Position numbers and translations under genes: made by a program. A stretch of DNA of 64,000 nt from Blastocystis sp. Blastoise (lineage: Eukaryota > Protista > Bigyra: Opalinata), in NCBI GenBank assembly GCA_039096225.1, contig JBBPEB010000014.1, forward strand, positions 124,001 through 188,000. The letters are read 5' to 3'. Below are positions 60,237-64,000 of the stretch, in pieces. The number at the start of each line of letters is the position of its first letter. The stretch's first letter is position 1. A model generated the notes under the pieces. The model worked only from the letters and a program-made list of their open reading frames with translations. It ran no database searches and was not told the origin of the DNA.

Positions 60237-60778
60237 AAGTAGTAGATCAATTAAATTTATTAATTATTTTTGACTATTTTGAATAGAACAAAAAAAATGA
60301 AAGAATCTTCACAGGACCAACTAGAAACTTTTGTATTTTGTTTAGAGATTCTGTGGCTGAATAGATCTGAAAAATGCTGACAAAACGAAACATTTCATTT
60401 TTAATAGTGATTTTGAAGAAAAAACCGCGATTTTGTAAACTGAAGAAGAATCTTGACAAGATAATGATTTATTGTAGTATATTCTTTAGAATGTTTATTA
60501 TATTGATGCGATCTAATAATATTTGGAAGGATTATAAGAGATATAAATTGATGGCAATATAGTTGATATGAATTTAAGAGAATAAAAGTTCAATTACCGT
60601 AAATTATGAACAAAACAACAGATATATTCACTACACAACACTAAAAGATATATAAAAAGACATATTTACTTCACAATATAAAAAATAACCCTATTAAGAA
60701 AGTTGAATTGAAAAAAGTATTAAACACGTATGGTTTTGCTAGTTTCATCAACATGAGTATGCTTGTTTTGTTCTAAAT

Positions 60779-61548
60779 TTACATAGGTGAGAGAATCTTT
60801 TCTGATTTTTCCTTTTACATTAACAGAACTGTTTCTTCTCTCAGGAGCTTTTTTTGTTTTATTCGTTTTTATATGAACAATTTTCGTGAGCACAAGCATA
60901 ACAATGACAGATAATAATAACTATAAAAAATATATAGAATAAACAAAATTATATAAGGATAAAGAAAAGAAACATATTTTCATTTCATATATATATACTA
61001 CACATGAAACAATGAGAAAGGCAACACCCGTATAAAACAATCCTACATTCTTTTGAGATACTTGGACATTTGAATTATCAAAACAACTATTGAAATAATA
61101 ATAAATATGATAAAAATAATAACATTAATGAATATAATAATAATAAATATGATAAATATAATAAACATAATAATATACTTTTCTTGAAAGGGTTGCTCGT
61201 TACATCCCTTTGTCAATCCACTAGCAGCACTATATGGATCGTATTCGTGACGTAACTATATATATATATATATTGAATAAAATATTGAAATGAATAAAAC
61301 AAGTAAGAGAGCATATAATGAATAGAAAAATAGAATAATAGATGAATAAATATAAAGATAAAAAAAAAGAAACAAATAAACATACACTGAAGGATACACT
61401 AGAGACAGGAGTGTTTGTATATATAAAAGGAGACCAAGTACCATTATTATAGAGACAACCAGCATCAGGACGTATATAAACACGTTGCTCGGGATTTAAT
61501 GAAGCACTAGAAGAAACAGACAAATAAATATATAATATATAATATATA

Positions 61549-61584
<36 letters not shown>

Positions 61585-62298
61585 CTCAGCATAATCAATA
61601 ATAAAGTTATTTTGATCATTCTTTCGAATACGATAACAAACAGACGTTAAATAAGATGTGACAGTACAACTATTATTCTCCCATTTTCCATTTATCTTCG
61701 TACATTCCTCAGTACAAGAACTATAAGAATAATAAAATAATGCTACTATTATATATAGGCAAAAAGAAAGAAAAAAGATTAATAAAAACAAATAACACAA
61801 TAGAATAGTTAAGATATATTATTACCTTTCACTAAAACAGTGAAGAGAATCTGCAGAGAGAATTGATATTTTCGTCATGGGTAAAACATAATTCAACAAA
61901 ATGTCACCGTTAGGATTGACAAGAGATACTTGAGATTCACCTGATACAACAATAGGAGGAAGAGTCAAGTGATCGTTCTTCACAGGTATACAACCTATAG
62001 AAGGATCATTTTCATGTTGACAAGAATCACGAACTGGCCAATATAATCCATATTCAGTATTACTATGTTGGAATGTAAATGAAGTCTCTTGAATATTTAA
62101 TTGAAAGTTAGATTCTTTCATTAAAGGATAACCAATAGAATTCCAAAGTATCGCGATTTCGTTATATTTTGTGATGACTTCAGAACGACTGTTTAATGTG
62201 ACTACAACACTCGACGAGTAGCTAAGTAAAAAGATAGACACACCCAAACAAATCACTATCAATGGAGTACCTACGATCATAACAATGGAGAAAAGCAT
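60779..62298 (-). CDS. Hypothetical two-TM membrane protein with a Cys-rich luminal domain
   Basis: N-terminal TM, Cys-rich exons (PVRDSC, CTEEC..GKW..C, AGCLY, TKGC), C-terminal TM; exons joined in frame at GT-AG. Confidence 0.65.
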
Positions 62299-63743
62299 TT
62301 TTAAAGGTTCTTCGGCAATTTGAATAACAAATAATTTATGTAGAACATATGAATATCTTTATCCTTACACGAAAACAAACACTGACTCTTTGTGCGACAG
62401 TTACATATTGCTGTTATTTTACTGATGTTTTCTCCTTTTTCTCCATCATTTCGTCATGAAAAGAATTAGATTATTCATGGAATATCGTATTATCTTCGTA
62501 GATATTCCATCTTTGTCTCCAAAAAGATTATTCTATACATTGGTGTTTCATCAGGAAAAAGCCATTTTTTCGTTTTATTTCAATATCTTTCATAATAGCT
62601 ATCTTATTGATATTGAAATATATTCAATACTAGATAGATGAGTAACTACTTTTATCCATTGAAGACCAAGTCTGTTAATATATTTTTTGAAACGAGTTTT
62701 GAACTCATTGTTGTATATGTTAACTTAATATTTGTTTTCATATAACCAATATGCACACAGAATATTGACAGACAGTCAGTATATTTGCTGAAAGAATGTA
62801 ATATCGTATTTCTCTATTTTTTTTTGATTAAATACGCAATGATCAATATATAACTTTATTCATTCTTGATAGGTGAAATATGTCTTTCACAATAATCAAA
62901 TATTCTAAACATAAAAAATAACCATTCAAATACAGTTTTCCAAGTTTTTGTGACACTTTCCATCTAAGTCTAACAATTATTAGTAGTCTGTGATAGTCAG
63001 TCCAGTCACACACCTTAATAGAGATCTTATAAATAAGTGATACAAAATAAGTCTAATACCATAATAACTCAATGATATTATGGAAAAAGTTATTCAAATA
63101 TGATATTCACGATAGAACATACCCAATGTGTTTCATTAATACATGCACATAATATAAGGCACTCAATTTCATATATAGAAGCATTTTCTTAGCAATTAAT
63201 TGTTTCACATAGAAACTAAGATATAAACGGAAATAAACATAATATAAAGACAACCTCATTCCACACTACTCAAGCACACCTAAAGATCATCTTATTTATG
63301 TTAATCGAGAACTGACTTATCAATCAGTTATACACAAAATCTATTTTAGAATATTTCATCTATATAATATAGCATCAGAAAGCCTAATTTCATTTTTTAA
63401 ATAAAATAAACAGAGTGATGGATTATTAACAATGCTAAAAGGTGATTTCACTTATGTTTTGAATGAAGAAATACATTGAGAAGATGTTGAAATTACATCA
63501 TATACTAAAACAAAGTTAGAACCCGTAAATACTATTAAAAACTTGTTCTTTTTTAGTTGAGTTTTAGGAACAGTTTCTTTTTGGAAATGAGTTTTTTTCA
63601 GGAAAACGAGGAGTGATTGGTTATGTTATTTTATGATTTTTATAATGTGTTTTGGTTTTGATCAATCACTATCGAAATTATATACAGTTCAGTTTTATTT
63701 CTTCTTGTTTCTCAATAATACTTTTGTTCTTTAAATACATATC

Positions 63744-63977
63744 ATGAAGCGAGAAAATCTATTAATTATAAGTGCGACATATGGAAGAGGTTTTGAAAAC
63801 GGTTCCTATAATTTTGAAGTTAAATATGGAAAACATATTTGGGAATCATCTTTCTCTAATATATCGAGTAATCCAATTTTTAATTGTGGTACTGCTTTTG
63901 CATTAGGTCCTGAAAGTAAAATATTTGATAATCAATTATTTATAAAGGTCTATAAGAAAAAGACTGTTGGAGGAAGG
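63744..63977 (+). CDS. C2-domain-like protein, first exon (runs off the window)
   Basis: Beta-strand pattern with SNPIFN and LFIKVYKK; GT donor near 63977. Confidence 0.45.
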
Positions 63978-64000
63978 TATTTTAATTATTGATAATGCTT

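Overview
Very AT-rich, intron-rich eukaryotic nuclear DNA using the standard code and mostly GT-AG introns filled with (TA)n/(ATT)n microsatellites. The presence of rquA with a mitochondrial presequence, TIM21 and TGTTTGTT motifs downstream of genes suggests an anaerobic stramenopile of the Blastocystis lineage (inference). About 20 protein genes were reconstructed by hand across introns, including rquA, PSF3, REX4, RPB10, RPA3, MLH1, RBX1, tetraspanins, a PDI-like protein, a degenerate HNH protein, a giant XMAP215/TOG protein, VMA22/CCDC115, an EH-PX-BAR sorting nexin, a TIM21-thioredoxin-fold fusion and GAA1, plus one tRNA-Gln. The main unexplained structure is a 7.16-kb element (7723-14885) with ~95-bp terminal inverted repeats and a perfect 9-bp target-site duplication. 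It resembles a Mutator element with no visible transposase and carries a spliced, mostly non-coding cargo and a ~2-kb AT island. Other highlights are three non-AG 3' splice sites in rquA that copy the upstream exon ends, a pure G(TA)19G intron, and two CPAP/SAS-4-like LKRG(E/Q)G motifs in the ~3000-aa tail of the TOG protein.
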